Shown here piece by piece: positions 12,061-23,204 of a stretch of DNA of 64,000 nucleotides. A program made the translations under genes and the position numbers. This stretch comes from Selaginella moellendorffii (lineage: Eukaryota; Plantae; Lycopodiophyta): assembly GCF_000143415.4 (NCBI RefSeq), contig NW_003314315.1, positions 558,001 to 622,000 on the forward strand. The letters run 5' to 3'. The notes beneath the pieces are model-generated. The model had not been told where the DNA came from. It saw only the letters and a program-made list of their open reading frames with translations, and ran no database searches. The number at the start of each line of letters is the position of its first letter. Position 1 is the first letter of the stretch.

Positions 12061-12844
12061 CACAAACTAGAAGCGCATTTTTCCCCAGCAAGACGCCCAA
12101 GAACACCATAACACACGCCGCAAAGCCGAGGAGTGGAAGAACAAACGTTAGCACTGCTTGTTTTGTCTCGTGAATGTTTTTAACTGTTACTTGTGGAGGG
12201 GGCTGTCCATGAGCCCTGAAAACGCTGCTCCCAGGAATCGAACTCACATTTCCATCTGGCAGGCTTCGATGCCACGGTGGCGGTCCAACGTCAGCACTGC
12301 TACAGTTCGCGCAAACGCACGGGAACAAGCCCTCGACGATGGAATCGACGGGAGGAGAAGATGGAGCTGCCGAGGAAGAGGATAAATTGAGAATGGGACA
12401 CAGGCATTGCGCGCAAAATAGATCAGGCGTGTGATCGTGGTCAAAGAGTGCCGCGATGCGATCCAGAGTTAGATTGCTCGAGATCCGCAAGAATGCCGAT
12501 TGAGCGCGCCCCGCCTCCATTCGATCCTTACACATGCACCACGAGGAGTGATTCCAGGGCCCCGGCCGGATCCAGCAGCTGCCATGGAGTGGAGAATCTC
12601 TAGGGCTTAGCGACGCTGGAGCGCCTGCTAGAGGGGATGGAGCCGGCGATGGAGCTGAGGATTGCTGCGATGGCGACGATGACGCGTTGTTGGAGGAGAT
12701 TTCCGGGAGGCAGTGGCAGATTTGATTGTGGCGGAGCGGTAATCTCTGCGTGGAGCACAGAGAATTGCTAGAATCTGGAGTGGCGATCGCGAGAACGCTG
12801 CGAGCAAAGAGGAGGCATCCGAGATGGAAGAGGAGGAGATCCAT
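12017..12844 (-). CDS. Intronless Cys-rich cell-surface protein (signal peptide, CxC motifs, Ser/Pro linkers, C-terminal TM helix)
   Basis: MDLLLFHLGCLLFARSVLA signal; CHC, CMC, CLC and CVC motifs; SAPSPAPSP linker; TM AVLTFVLPLLGFAACVMVFLGVLL; short tail. Confidence 0.65.
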   Translation of the reverse strand: MDLLLFHLGCLLFARSVLAIATPDSSNSLCSTQRLPLRHNQICHCLPEISSNNASSSPSQQSSAPSPAPSPLAGAPASLSPRDSPLHGSCWIRPGPWNHSSWCMCKDRMEAGRAQSAFLRISSNLTLDRIAALFDHDHTPDLFCAQCLCPILNLSSSSAAPSSPPVDSIVEGLFPCVCANCSSADVGPPPWHRSLPDGNVSSIPGSSVFRAHGQPPPQVTVKNIHETKQAVLTFVLPLLGFAACVMVFLGVLLGKNALLVCGSSSSSFSHLENSI

Positions 12845-13049
12845 AGCCTGGTATCGAGTGACATTGATCGGTGAGGAAGAAAGGAGGAGAAATTCGCGAC
12901 AAACGAGGACAGCCGCGGATAAAAAGAAGCCACTCGCTTGCCAGAGCTTTCCTAAATTTGCTCGCGCTGCTTGAAAGAGCATATGCCTCTCAACGGTAGA
13001 GAATATGCCAGCTAAGCTCTAGGGCACAGTCTCTGGTGGAGGTAGGGCG

Positions 13050-16000
13050 ATGGCGATGGCGATGACGGCTCCCCAGGTGGAGAATGCGCCCATTCTCGAC
13101 TTCATCAACAACGTCTTCCCGAACGGTAGGCAATGGCAATGCCGCTCGCTGCATAGATCGATCACTTGAGCTCTTGATTGAGCTGCAGAGGCGTCGCTGA
13201 TCGCTGTGGAGCCGCTCATCCAGAAGCTGAGGAACAAAATTCGTCGCGGCGATGCCGAAATCCTTGCTGCTGTCCGGCAACAGGTTCGTTCTAGATCCAG
13301 TGGCTTGTCCTCGGATCTGAGTAATATCCACACAGAGCTCCTCAGGAACTAAAGCTAAAGAAGATCTTGCCGATGCCATGCGTGCTATCGAGGTATTTCT
13401 TCTGTCACTTCAGTCAGGAGCGAATTGTTTTGTTGATTTGCCAGGAATTGGCAAACAAAATCCGGGAGATCAAGTCCAAAGCGGAACAAAGCGAGGTGAT
13501 GGTTCAAGAGCTATGCCGTGATATAAAGAAGCTCGATTTTGCAAAGAAGCACATCACAACAACTATCACTGCTCTACATCGTTTGTCAATGCTTGGTAAA
13601 TTTTATCGTTTTTCAATGGTTTTGGTTATCTTACGGTTTTGTTTTCCGTTCTTCGCAGTCTCGGCCGTGGAGCAACTTCAGGGAATGGCATCTAAGCGAC
13701 AGTACAAAGAAGCCGCCGGACAGTTAGAGGTTTGTAATTATCAAGACGAAGTATTGAGCTGTGTGACCTTTTCTTCGCTAGGCTGTGAACCAGCTTTGTG
13801 GTCATTTTGAGGCATACAAGGATGTTCCTAAGATCAATGAGCTCAGAGGTACCTACAAGACCATTAAAGAGACTCTAAAGGCTCACGTTTTTAACGATTT
13901 TTCAAGGTGTGAAGTGATATGGCTTTTTTTTTCAATTCAATTTTATGTTTAACATCTTTTGTATTTGTTTCGCAGCTTAGGCACTGCTGGTTTGAAAGAA
14001 GATGGAAACCTCATGCAACAGCTAGCCGATGCTTGCTTCGTTGTTGATGCTTTGGAGCGGACTGTCCGCGAGGAGCTCATCGTCAATATTTGCAGTAAAG
14101 AACTGACTGCCTATCAGCAAATTTTCCAAGGCACAGGTAAAACTTTCCAGAACAGGCATGCTGATTATGATTCTACATTCTGTAGAGGTTGCAAAACTTG
14201 ATAAGGTGGAACGCCGCTATGCTTGGATAAAACGACAGCTCCGTGCAAACGAAGATATCTGGCAGATCTTTCCTGCGCACTGGCGCGTCGCCTTTCTGCT
14301 TTGTATGCAGTTTTGTAAAGTAACTAGGTAAGGCAGGATTTCATATGTTCGGTCTTGATGAACTCGGTCTCTGTATCCAGGGCACAATTACTAGAGATTT
14401 TGGATGGTTTGAAGGAACAACCAGATGTTCAAACTCTCCTTCAGGTAAAATGATATTGCAATAGCGACGGACACTTCATTTTGGCTGTAAAATAGGCACT
14501 GCAAAGGACCTTGGAGTTTGAGGAGGAGCTTGCTGAGCGCTTTGGAATGGGGAGCGACAAGGCTGAGGACCAGGATGAAGGTGAAGGTGATGAGCAGAGT
14601 GCTTCCGCTTTGCGGAGAAAATATGAGAAGCAACTGGCCGTAAAAGGTGGTCGATCAAGCCAAGTTTACCCCGTAAGTATCAAGTTTCATGTTGGAGCGA
14701 AGTGGTCTAAATCATTTGACAGGATGGCGAAGGAACAGAAAAAGAAAAAAGACCTGAATATTTGTCAGCGGTATGTAGCGAGTTGATTATCTTTAAGCAC
14801 TCAAGTTTCTTTGTTACAGACAGCAGCTAATTTCAGCTTTCGTGGCATCATATCGTCATGCTTCGAGTCTCACCTAGGTCCTTATGTTGAATTAGAAGAA
14901 AAGAATCTGCTCGAGACTTTGGAAAAACTTGTGATGGTAAGTATCTATTTTTACTTCCTCGGCAGCTCGGAATTGACTCATACCTGTGTAGGAGGAGAGC
15001 TGGGAGGCTGAAGAAGGTAGTCAAACTAACATTCTTACAAGCAGCACACAGGTCTGAAGGTTTTTTACATAGCTGTCCGGATATACTTAAGAAAACTTTT
15101 CTACAGGTTTTTCTCGTGATCAAGAAAAGTTTGAAACGCTGTGTAGCTCTTACAAAAAATCAAACGCTCTTCAGCTTATATAAGGTATCTCGATTAAAGC
15201 ACTCTATCAGAAACTGAACGCCTTGGCAGGTCTTTCAACGAGTACTCAGGGCGTATGCTGGTAAATTGATTGGACGACTACCAAAGGTTGGAGCTGGCGC
15301 GGGACTTGTTGCCGTAGCGACAGGCATGGAAAGTCATTTACGGGTACACTATCTAACTCGTTTCTATTTTGATAATAATCAAGCCTTTCCAGTTTTACAG
15401 GTTTCGGACAAAGACGAAAGGGTCATATGCTATATTGTCAACACTGCAGAATATTGCCATGAAACTGTGAGTACTTAAAATCTTTAAAACTTGTAGTCAC
15501 GTTTTGTCTCTTGAATCAGGCTGGGCAATTAGGAGAAAACATTTCCAGAGTGATTGATTCTCAGTTCGCGGAAAGCATCGACTTGTCGGAAGAACAGGTA
15601 ACTTTCCATTTGTGTTGGATTTCTTACGAGCTTGGCTATGAAGGATGAATTCTCCGGCGTGATTACCAAAGCGCTTTCATCCCTTGTGATGGGACTGGAA
15701 ACGCGATTGGAAAACGAGCTGGCAGCTATGACAAGAGTGCCATGGGGGACGATTGAAGGTGTTGGCGATCAATCCGAGTAAGAGTATATCATCCTTAAAA
15801 ACAGACTCGAGCTTTAATATTTTTGTTACAGATATGTTAATGGAATCAGCTCGATTCTGTCTAGTAGCATTCCAGTTATATCTGGTCTATTGTCTCCGTT
15901 GTACTTCCAGTTTTTTCTAGACAAGGTATGGTACTTCATTACCCATAGTACTTGTGATCTTATATACCTGTGTGGATATGACAGTTAGCAGCGTCCTTCG

Positions 16001-16759
16001 CTCCTCGATTTTATATGAATATATACAAATGCAAACGCATCACAGAAACTGGGGCTCAGCAGGTATGTTTTCTTTTACCAAACTCTCGTGCTAACTTTGT
16101 TTCTCTTTTAGATGCTACTCGATACACAAGCGGTAAAAACAATTTTACTTGAAGTCCCTGCATTGGGAGGCCAGACAGCTGCTCCGGCAAGCTACACCAA
16201 GTATGTCACTCGTGAAATCGGCAAGGCGGAGGCTCTCTTGAAGGTAAGTAGCCAGGCGCAAAATTTCTTCTTCCGACTGATCAATGACCACTTCTCGGGT
16301 GCCAGGTCATTTTGTCACCGATTGAATCCATCGCTGACACTTACCATGCTCTACTGCCTGAAGGCTCTGGTGCCGACTTCCAGCGTCTACTAGATCTCAA
16401 GGTTTGTGATGCTCTTTCTGTTATAGAGCTACATTCTCACGTACTCTTTCGAAATCCAGGGACTGAAGAAAAGTGACCAACAGCCACTGCTGGATTACTT
16501 CACCAAGCGTGGGATGGGAACTTTGCTGCCAGTTAGTCCGGCGTCGGGACCTTCATCGCCACTCACTCCAAGCGCTGCGAGCAGAGAAGCGATGATGGCT
16601 CGAGCAGCAGCGCTCGGACGAGGAGCGATGGCTCAATCCGCGGCAGCAGCGGCCGCAGTCTCCAGCACTGGACTGAGACGATTCTTCGCGCTGGCCGAGT
16701 CCGCGAAAGAAGGAGCTGCCAAACGAGAAGGAGCGTTTAGAAAGCTCTTCAACTCGTGA
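13050..16759 (+). CDS. VPS53: Vacuolar protein sorting-associated protein 53 (GARP subunit, HIT1 homologue), many short exons
   Basis: ILDFINNVFPNEASL, KSKAEQSEVMVQELCRDIKKLDFAKKHITTTITALHRLSML, CYIVNTAEYCHET, MLLDTQAVKTILL; regular GT-AG introns. Confidence 0.95.
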
Positions 16760-16894
16760 GACTAGACTGTAACCTTTCAAAGCGAATTTAACGGTGACGA
16801 TGTACGTAACGGGTTTTGGACACCGACGGCTATCATGCAGCCACGTGGACGGTGGATGTTGCTTTAGAGCGCAACGTCTTTTTTTTATTAGGGC

Positions 16895-17626
16895 ATGGCT
16901 ATGACGGAGGAGGAGGAGCAGCGCAGCCGGAGGAGTCTCTTCAGCAGCGCCGAGGTAGCGTCCAATCCTTCTCCTGGTTCTCGCGATTCTACTCTCGCTC
17001 GTCTTGCCTCGCAGAAGCAATCTCAATCGCAGTCCGAGTCCTTGTTGGGGAAGCGGCCCGCGCCGATCTCTTCTCCGGCGCCGTGCTCCAAGCGCCAGCA
17101 AAAATCTCCCGTTCCCTATCGCTGCAGAGATCTTCCGCGACGACCCAGCGACGCTCCCCGGGCAACGAATGCCAAGCGCCCCGCCGCCACCACTTCCACC
17201 ACTTCGAGAAAGCTCACGGATATCTATGGCGATCCGGCTTCCATTTTCACTTCTTCTATCTCTTCGCCTTCTTCCTCCGCTGCCGTGCTTTCACAGGAAA
17301 CAAGAGAAGATCACGAGGAGGAGGATCTCGATGCTGTGGCTGCGTCGCTGGAGGAATTCGTGAGGGAGAGGAGGGTAGAGCTGCGTGGCGAAGAAGAACA
17401 AGGGGGGGAGCTAGTGCTGCTACATCACGAAGAGCGACTAGAGTTTCACGAAGAACACCACGAACAAGGTGAAGAACCGGGCTCTCCGCGAACTCCACCG
17501 GCGAGCTCCTCCACTCCCGCCGCTCCAGTCACTCCCATGGCGCCGCTAAAGCGCGGGAGAGCTATGGTGGCAAGACCACGTCCCCCTCCCAGCGCCGTCC
17601 ACAGAAGGCTAAACTTTGACCATTGA
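16895..17626 (+). CDS. Intronless, intrinsically disordered Ser/Pro/Glu-rich protein with S/TP sites and a C-terminal RRLNF motif
   Basis: 243-aa ORF with coding-like composition; SPRTPP, PVTPMAPLKR, VHRRLNFDH. No recognised domain. Confidence 0.55.
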   Translation: MAMTEEEEQRSRRSLFSSAEVASNPSPGSRDSTLARLASQKQSQSQSESLLGKRPAPISSPAPCSKRQQKSPVPYRCRDLPRRPSDAPRATNAKRPAATTSTTSRKLTDIYGDPASIFTSSISSPSSSAAVLSQETREDHEEEDLDAVAASLEEFVRERRVELRGEEEQGGELVLLHHEERLEFHEEHHEQGEEPGSPRTPPASSSTPAAPVTPMAPLKRGRAMVARPRPPPSAVHRRLNFDH

Positions 17627-17742
17627 TTATACGTCGAAAAATCTAAGAGTCATTATAATCGATGTTTGTGAGCATTAGTCCTCTGTGAATATCAATCTAA
17701 CATCTTTCTTTCCATCCTCATCAAAGCAAATCAAAGATTGTT

Positions 17743-18690
17743 CTAAGCAGTAAGAGCCACATTGAGAGAATTTGGAGGCAATGGAACCTCTTCCCAGCTC
17801 ACAATCCTCTTCTCCATGTCCAAAGTACCCTCAAACACAATCGATTTGATGGGGCTGTAGTAGATCTCCACCAGCGCTTTGCTACCACGGACGCTAAACC
17901 CTCCAACCTCGCACACCAGGTCCGCCAGGATCTCCATCAAACTGGTACAAACTCCCGCGCAAGTAAACCTCCTGGTCACCTCGTCCGTCACGAAATCATA
18001 CTCCTCGATCGCCCACAGCTCGATATCGAAGCAAAACCTGGTCGAGACATCGAACTGGCCGACGTCCTCCTTGAGCCAAGTGCCCAGATTCACGCTCGCC
18101 CAAAACTCCCCCGACACGTCGAGCAGATCATCCGGGTCGTCGTCCATCTCGCTCACCATCAGGGGCCGGCCATTGAAGAGGAAGAAGTTGTAACGCTCCT
18201 GGACTTGCAAGCCTCGCGTGGTGAGAAGCTCCCAAGTATCGGTGGCAATGTCGTAGACCTTGCTGGATCCCCGGGACTCCGGAACCACGAAGATCTTGCC
18301 ATTGAAGCCCGCGAACCAAACATACTCCTCGCCCATCAAGCCCGGCATGCTGGAAACGCTCCGCCATGCCGCCGGTTCTTCATGGCCGAGAGCGGCGAGA
18401 TCAAAAACGTGAACTTGGTTGTCTCGCGAGAGCAAGAACACTCTCTTCATGTGGTATACCATCACGCTATCCGGTTGTGGAGGCTTTGGGAGTAGCCTCC
18501 ACTCGGTGCCCCGCTTGGATTGATAGTAAACCTTGTCAACCTTTTTGCTCTCGCTGAAAGAGTGGCACACTATACCTGTGGCGTCGACTCCATCGCCAAG
18601 GTCAGCGTCATTGACCTCGCCGTTGACGCTGACTTGACCGGGGACTAGGTTGACGTACTCGACATCTTCTTCTTCCTGCCACAAAGCCAT
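17743..18690 (-). CDS. Intronless Kelch/F-box-associated beta-propeller-like protein lacking an F-box
   Basis: Kelch-like blades: WRLLPKPP, VHVFDLA...WRSVSSMP, FAGFNGKIFVV, KVYDIATDTWELL, FLFNGRPLMV. Confidence 0.65.
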   Translation of the reverse strand: MALWQEEEDVEYVNLVPGQVSVNGEVNDADLGDGVDATGIVCHSFSESKKVDKVYYQSKRGTEWRLLPKPPQPDSVMVYHMKRVFLLSRDNQVHVFDLAALGHEEPAAWRSVSSMPGLMGEEYVWFAGFNGKIFVVPESRGSSKVYDIATDTWELLTTRGLQVQERYNFFLFNGRPLMVSEMDDDPDDLLDVSGEFWASVNLGTWLKEDVGQFDVSTRFCFDIELWAIEEYDFVTDEVTRRFTCAGVCTSLMEILADLVCEVGGFSVRGSKALVEIYYSPIKSIVFEGTLDMEKRIVSWEEVPLPPNSLNVALTA

Positions 18691-18969
18691 GTATGGTTGA
18701 CTTAGGGCTGAAGAAAGTTGACTTAGTGATTGACTTATATGCTTGAGAGGTTTCGTGTTCGATTCTGGGAATGGAGGTCAGGCGTTCGATTCCCTTGTGG
18801 GGCCGGGGGAATATTCACATTCTCAATCAGACCGTTGAGCCGTTTAAACATCTGGCCGTTTGATCTCCATGCTGCAAAACCCTAAAGAATCGGTGTGGGG
18901 GAATTTTTTCGATCTTCGGTCTCTCGCTCGCTCGCTTGCTCGCGCTTGGATCGGGAGCTGAGAATCGCG

Positions 18970-20550
18970 ATGGCGGATGTGGAGAATCTCAATTGCGGCG
19001 ATGTTCCGCGGCGCAAGAAGGGGTCGCCGGTGGGATGGTTCCCCAGGGGCAAGAAGGAGTCCTATCTGGAGCGCAAGATTCGGCTGCTTCACCAGGTATT
19101 TGCTTTGATCGATGCTTTCATGGGCCGGTCGCGAGACGACTCGAGTTCGATGTGATTCCAGGAAGCGCAAGGGATGACAACCTCCCTCGATGAGACTCTA
19201 CTAGGGAGCCGCCATCTCTCACGCATCGAGAAGGAGAAGCGATCGGCAGTAGCGGCTGCCCAGGAGGCTACCGAGACCCGGAAGAGCGCCCTCGTGGAAG
19301 CGTCGTGGTGCCGCATTCTCAAAGCTGCCCGGTATGTGAATTAGTTCGTTCTTCTAGCTGCTTGTCAGCCAGGAATTTCCTTTCTTTCTCGAGTTCTTCC
19401 TCGTTCTTCGTTTTCATACAGCATTTTTCTCTAGAAAGCTTCTCTCTTTTCTCTTGTTTGAAGGTTGCTCGTTAGACGTATACCAGCATTCATTTAGAAA
19501 CTCTTTCAGTGTTCATAGCTTCGGAACTTTGTGAGCGTGACCACCAATTGTTTGTTCTTTTGTGAGCAGTCTACCATTCATGTCGGCCGCACTGGAGCTT
19601 CAAAAGGCCGAGAAGAAAGCTGCCGAGGCCTTCAACAAGGCTGCTTTTCTGGGCGTTGTGCTGAGAACGAACAGCCAGAATCTGAGAGGTGAGGCGCCAG
19701 AGGCAAATGCCGGGACACCGTCGTCCAGGCACAAAGTCACAGCGTCCCTTGACACCGCTTTCGAGGTTGACGAGGAAGTAGCAGCCGCGCTAAAGTCCGC
19801 CCTTGAGCAGATCGAGAGAACTTCCGAGCCTGCGACAGGTAAACGTCATCCATCTCTTCGATCTACATATCTCACTTTCTCTTATCAGAAGCCGGTGATC
19901 ATTCTCTCGAGGCTGGTGACACCGACCATCTCAAAGACTCGGTTCGAGCTGATAGTAACGACGAGACGACGGCCAGTCCTCTAACATGCCTCATGCTCGA
20001 CCGGGTGAGGAGTCTACAGCCGGAACAGCGTGCTTCTCTAGCCTCCATGGTCGCGAGCCGTGGCCTCAATGCACTCCTCAAGGAAGAGAGCTACGAGCAG
20101 GAACTTAACGCGAAGAATGGCAAGGCCGGGCTGGGCGATGTGCTGGTCAAGCATGTCTCGCGTCTGGAAGCCGAGAAGGCAGCTGCGGCGACGATGGTTG
20201 CAGCCAGACAGGATGAAGCAGAGACCAGAGAGCCGCTAGCGGAGATGTCCAACGCCGCGGAGCTAGAGCCCGTGAAGAAGGCGTCGAGGCTGGAGATGGA
20301 GAAGCAATCGTTCGCAGCTCCAAGGCCTGGTAGCAGCAGCAGCAGCTCGCAGAGGCGGAAGCAAAGGGAGCAAGAGTCGGCCAGTTCCTGGGGTGGCCTC
20401 GATTTCGGGAGCTCTTTGAAACGCCATATATCCAAGCTCGAAGCCGAACAGGTGAGTGATCAACTGGTCTTTGTAAAGGTTTTTCTCATTTCTATGGTTT
20501 TGGGCCAGGCTGCTTGGCGGCGCGCGGCTGAGGATGCAAGGAACAAATAA
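18970..20550 (+). CDS. Conserved uncharacterised plant coiled-coil protein, multi-exon
   Basis: SPVGWFPRGKKESYLERKIRLL...SLDETL...RKSALVEASWCRILKAAR, ASLDTAFEVDEEVAAALK, LASMVASRGLNALL, LVKHVSRLEAEK; GT-AG introns. I recognise these blocks from a land-plant family of unknown function. Confidence 0.75.
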
Positions 20551-21007
20551 AAAACGGAAGCGAAGTTTAAGCTGCCGAGAAAATGTTCTCTTCCCGCAAG
20601 TTAGGAGGAAGAACTGCCCACAAGATTCCAAGGCTCGAAACATGACTGTTTGTAAAACTCGCTGACAAAACTTCCACTTAACTGGACAATAGTTACGGGG
20701 TAAAGTTGGTAAAGATAGGCATATGCTGTTTTGCCAGCTCATTCCGAAGTTGTGGGCCAGGTCTAAATTTATTAGTGGCCACGATCAATAACACAGGTGT
20801 CCGCCTTGATTTCTGAGAAAAAGAATTATAAAAAGTCCGTGATATTATAGAAAACAAATTCGTTTTCTCCTTTTCTCTTTCAGTCTGAGATCTTCCTCTT
20901 TGTTCTGTAGCTCCATCATTTTGTTCCATCCAATCGATGATGTGTGAGATTTGGGCAAGGCTTTTGGTGATAAGGAATGAAGAATAGGAGTGTCTATCTA
21001 GCAGATT

Positions 21008-22632
21008 ATGGGGAGGGTTAAGCTTGAGATTAAAAAGATTGAGAATGCTACAAACAGGCAGGTGACTTATTCCAAAAGGCGCACTGGCCTTGTCAAGAAG
21101 GCTTATGAATTATCAACATTATGTGATATTGATATTGCACTCATTATGTTCTCCCCCTCTGGAAAACTCACACAATATGCCACAGATATGAGGTATTAAT
21201 TTGTCTTTTTATTAATTAGCTCTGTATTTACATGAAGTTTCAGGGTGGAGGATGTGATTCTTCGATATGCTAATGTATCTGAAGCTGAGAGGAGCAAAAG
21301 GTATAAGATTTTGATTTGATTTTATTTTTTAAGAGGCTTTAATTTTAGAAAAATGGAGAATTGGGAGCAGCTTAGCAGAGCAATCAAGAAACTCAAGTCA
21401 GAGACTGATGGTTCTCAAATTTCCAGGTGATAAAAGTTTTTTTGAATTTGATTTTTAATATAATTTTTTCAGAAATACTATTGACTTTAATAATTTGGGA
21501 GTATAAATATTTATATATTTGTATTTATTGTGAATAATTTAGTTTAATGATAGATTTGTTTTTCAGATGATTCAAGAGGAGATTGCAAGGCTGCAGCTTG
21601 AGAATGAACAACTAATTGAACGATTCAAGTATGTGACAAATTATTTTGGAATAATATTTTTAATTATAATTTTCAGGTTTTATCAGGGTGATACTCAAAT
21701 TCTAGAACATTTAAGTTATGAGGATTTAGCTAAACTTGAAGAAGAATTAGCTACTACACTTCATCATATACGAATTCGAAAGGTTAGTATTATATTTATA
21801 ATTTAAGCTACTCAAATATAATCAAATACAGCATAATATGGACGTGGAGTTTTGTATGAGGCAAAAACAGGTATATTTTTAATTTTTATCTAATAATTTT
21901 TTATATTTATAAAATCATATTTAATATTACAGACTGAACATTTCCTCCCTCAGGTAATAATATATTTATATTAACTATTCTAATTTTGATTTTCAGCAAG
22001 TTTACCACCTTCCACTTCATGCATCAGGAATAAATTCGTTTTCATCCCATTGGTCAGATAGAGACCCTCAAATTATTAAATTCTTGACGTAAGTATTCAT
22101 TTTAATTTATGAGAGTTTATAGTAAAATCTGATAGTTTAATTATTATGGCAGTGAAGAAACATCAGTGGAAGGATCATCAACAGATACATTATATTTTGA
22201 ACAACAGAACAACATACCCTATCAAACTACCCAGCTCAACTTATTTGGAACTCATGGTTTGAGTTTTGACAATGCCAATGGACGTGGACATTGTTACATA
22301 GGTGACAATAAGAATCCTATTATCTACATAAGTCCCAATCCAAATACAAATTTGGAGCACTCCATGGAGCAGCCTCAAAATGAGCAACACCAGCGAGAGA
22401 TAAGCTTGAATTGGAACTTGGCCTCCCATCCTAACAATCAAATGCCTGATTTATATTCATCCTCCCAGGTACTTTTTTCTTCTCAAAATTCTAACTCTTT
22501 TTGTTTTGCTTTGAAACATCACAGGGGATGAATGAGGCTGAGGACGAGAGTACAGAGTCTCGTCTAGGAGAAGACGATGAGCCTGAGGACAAAGACGATT
22601 TGGACAATGTGTTTCATAGCGATGAATCTTGA
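21008..22632 (+). CDS. MIKC*-type MADS-box transcription factor, about 11 small exons
   Basis: [54 protein letters not shown]. The I region is split over several short exons ([20 protein letters not shown]|[18 protein letters not shown]), as in MIKC* genes. Acidic last exon ends at TGA 22630-22632. Confidence 0.9.
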
Positions 22633-22681
22633 CTGAAAGAAAGGGAAAGAAATTCAGCAAGTTTGTGATAAATTGAAGTTC

Positions 22682-22885
22682 TTATTTCTTGTTCGACTTT
22701 GGTTTGTTGATAGTAGCCTCGCGGAATGGAACACGTTTGCCGGCTCGAGGATCAAACTTGACGAGCTCGAGCTTCTGTGGCGAATTGCGAGGATTCTTTG
22801 TCGAGACGAAGAAGAAACCAGTGTCAGCAGTGGAGATGAGGCGAATTAGCACGCGGCCAGTCTTGGACTTCCCACCCTTTGCCAT
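22682..22885 (-). CDS. RPL33: Organellar (probably mitochondrial-type) ribosomal protein bL33
   Basis: MAKGGKSKTGRVLIRLISTADTGFFFVSTKNPRNSPQKLELVKFDPRAGKRVPFREA is a zinc-free bL33 signature. Confidence 0.9.
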   Translation of the reverse strand: MAKGGKSKTGRVLIRLISTADTGFFFVSTKNPRNSPQKLELVKFDPRAGKRVPFREATINKPKSNKK

Positions 22886-23204
22886 GGCCACAATGGTACC
22901 ACGAGAATGGAGCTTCCTCTCCAAAACTCCTATTCCAACAAAGCAAAACTACTCATTCCAATGCGAGCGATGTGATTTTCACCTGGAAACGAATGGGCTC
23001 CAAGCTTGTTGCCCAAGAAGCTCGTCGCCATGCTTGAAGAGATGGCCATGGTTGAACCGATAGGGGTTTTGTAAGGCCCAAATGCTTTGATACTCAGAGA
23101 ATATACCCCAACTCCTGGTTCCACGCATTGGAAGTCCTGTTCTTTTGACATGATCACACCGTGGCATTCTTGTGTTCTTCTCGATTCCTCGAGAAACTTA
23201 GTTC

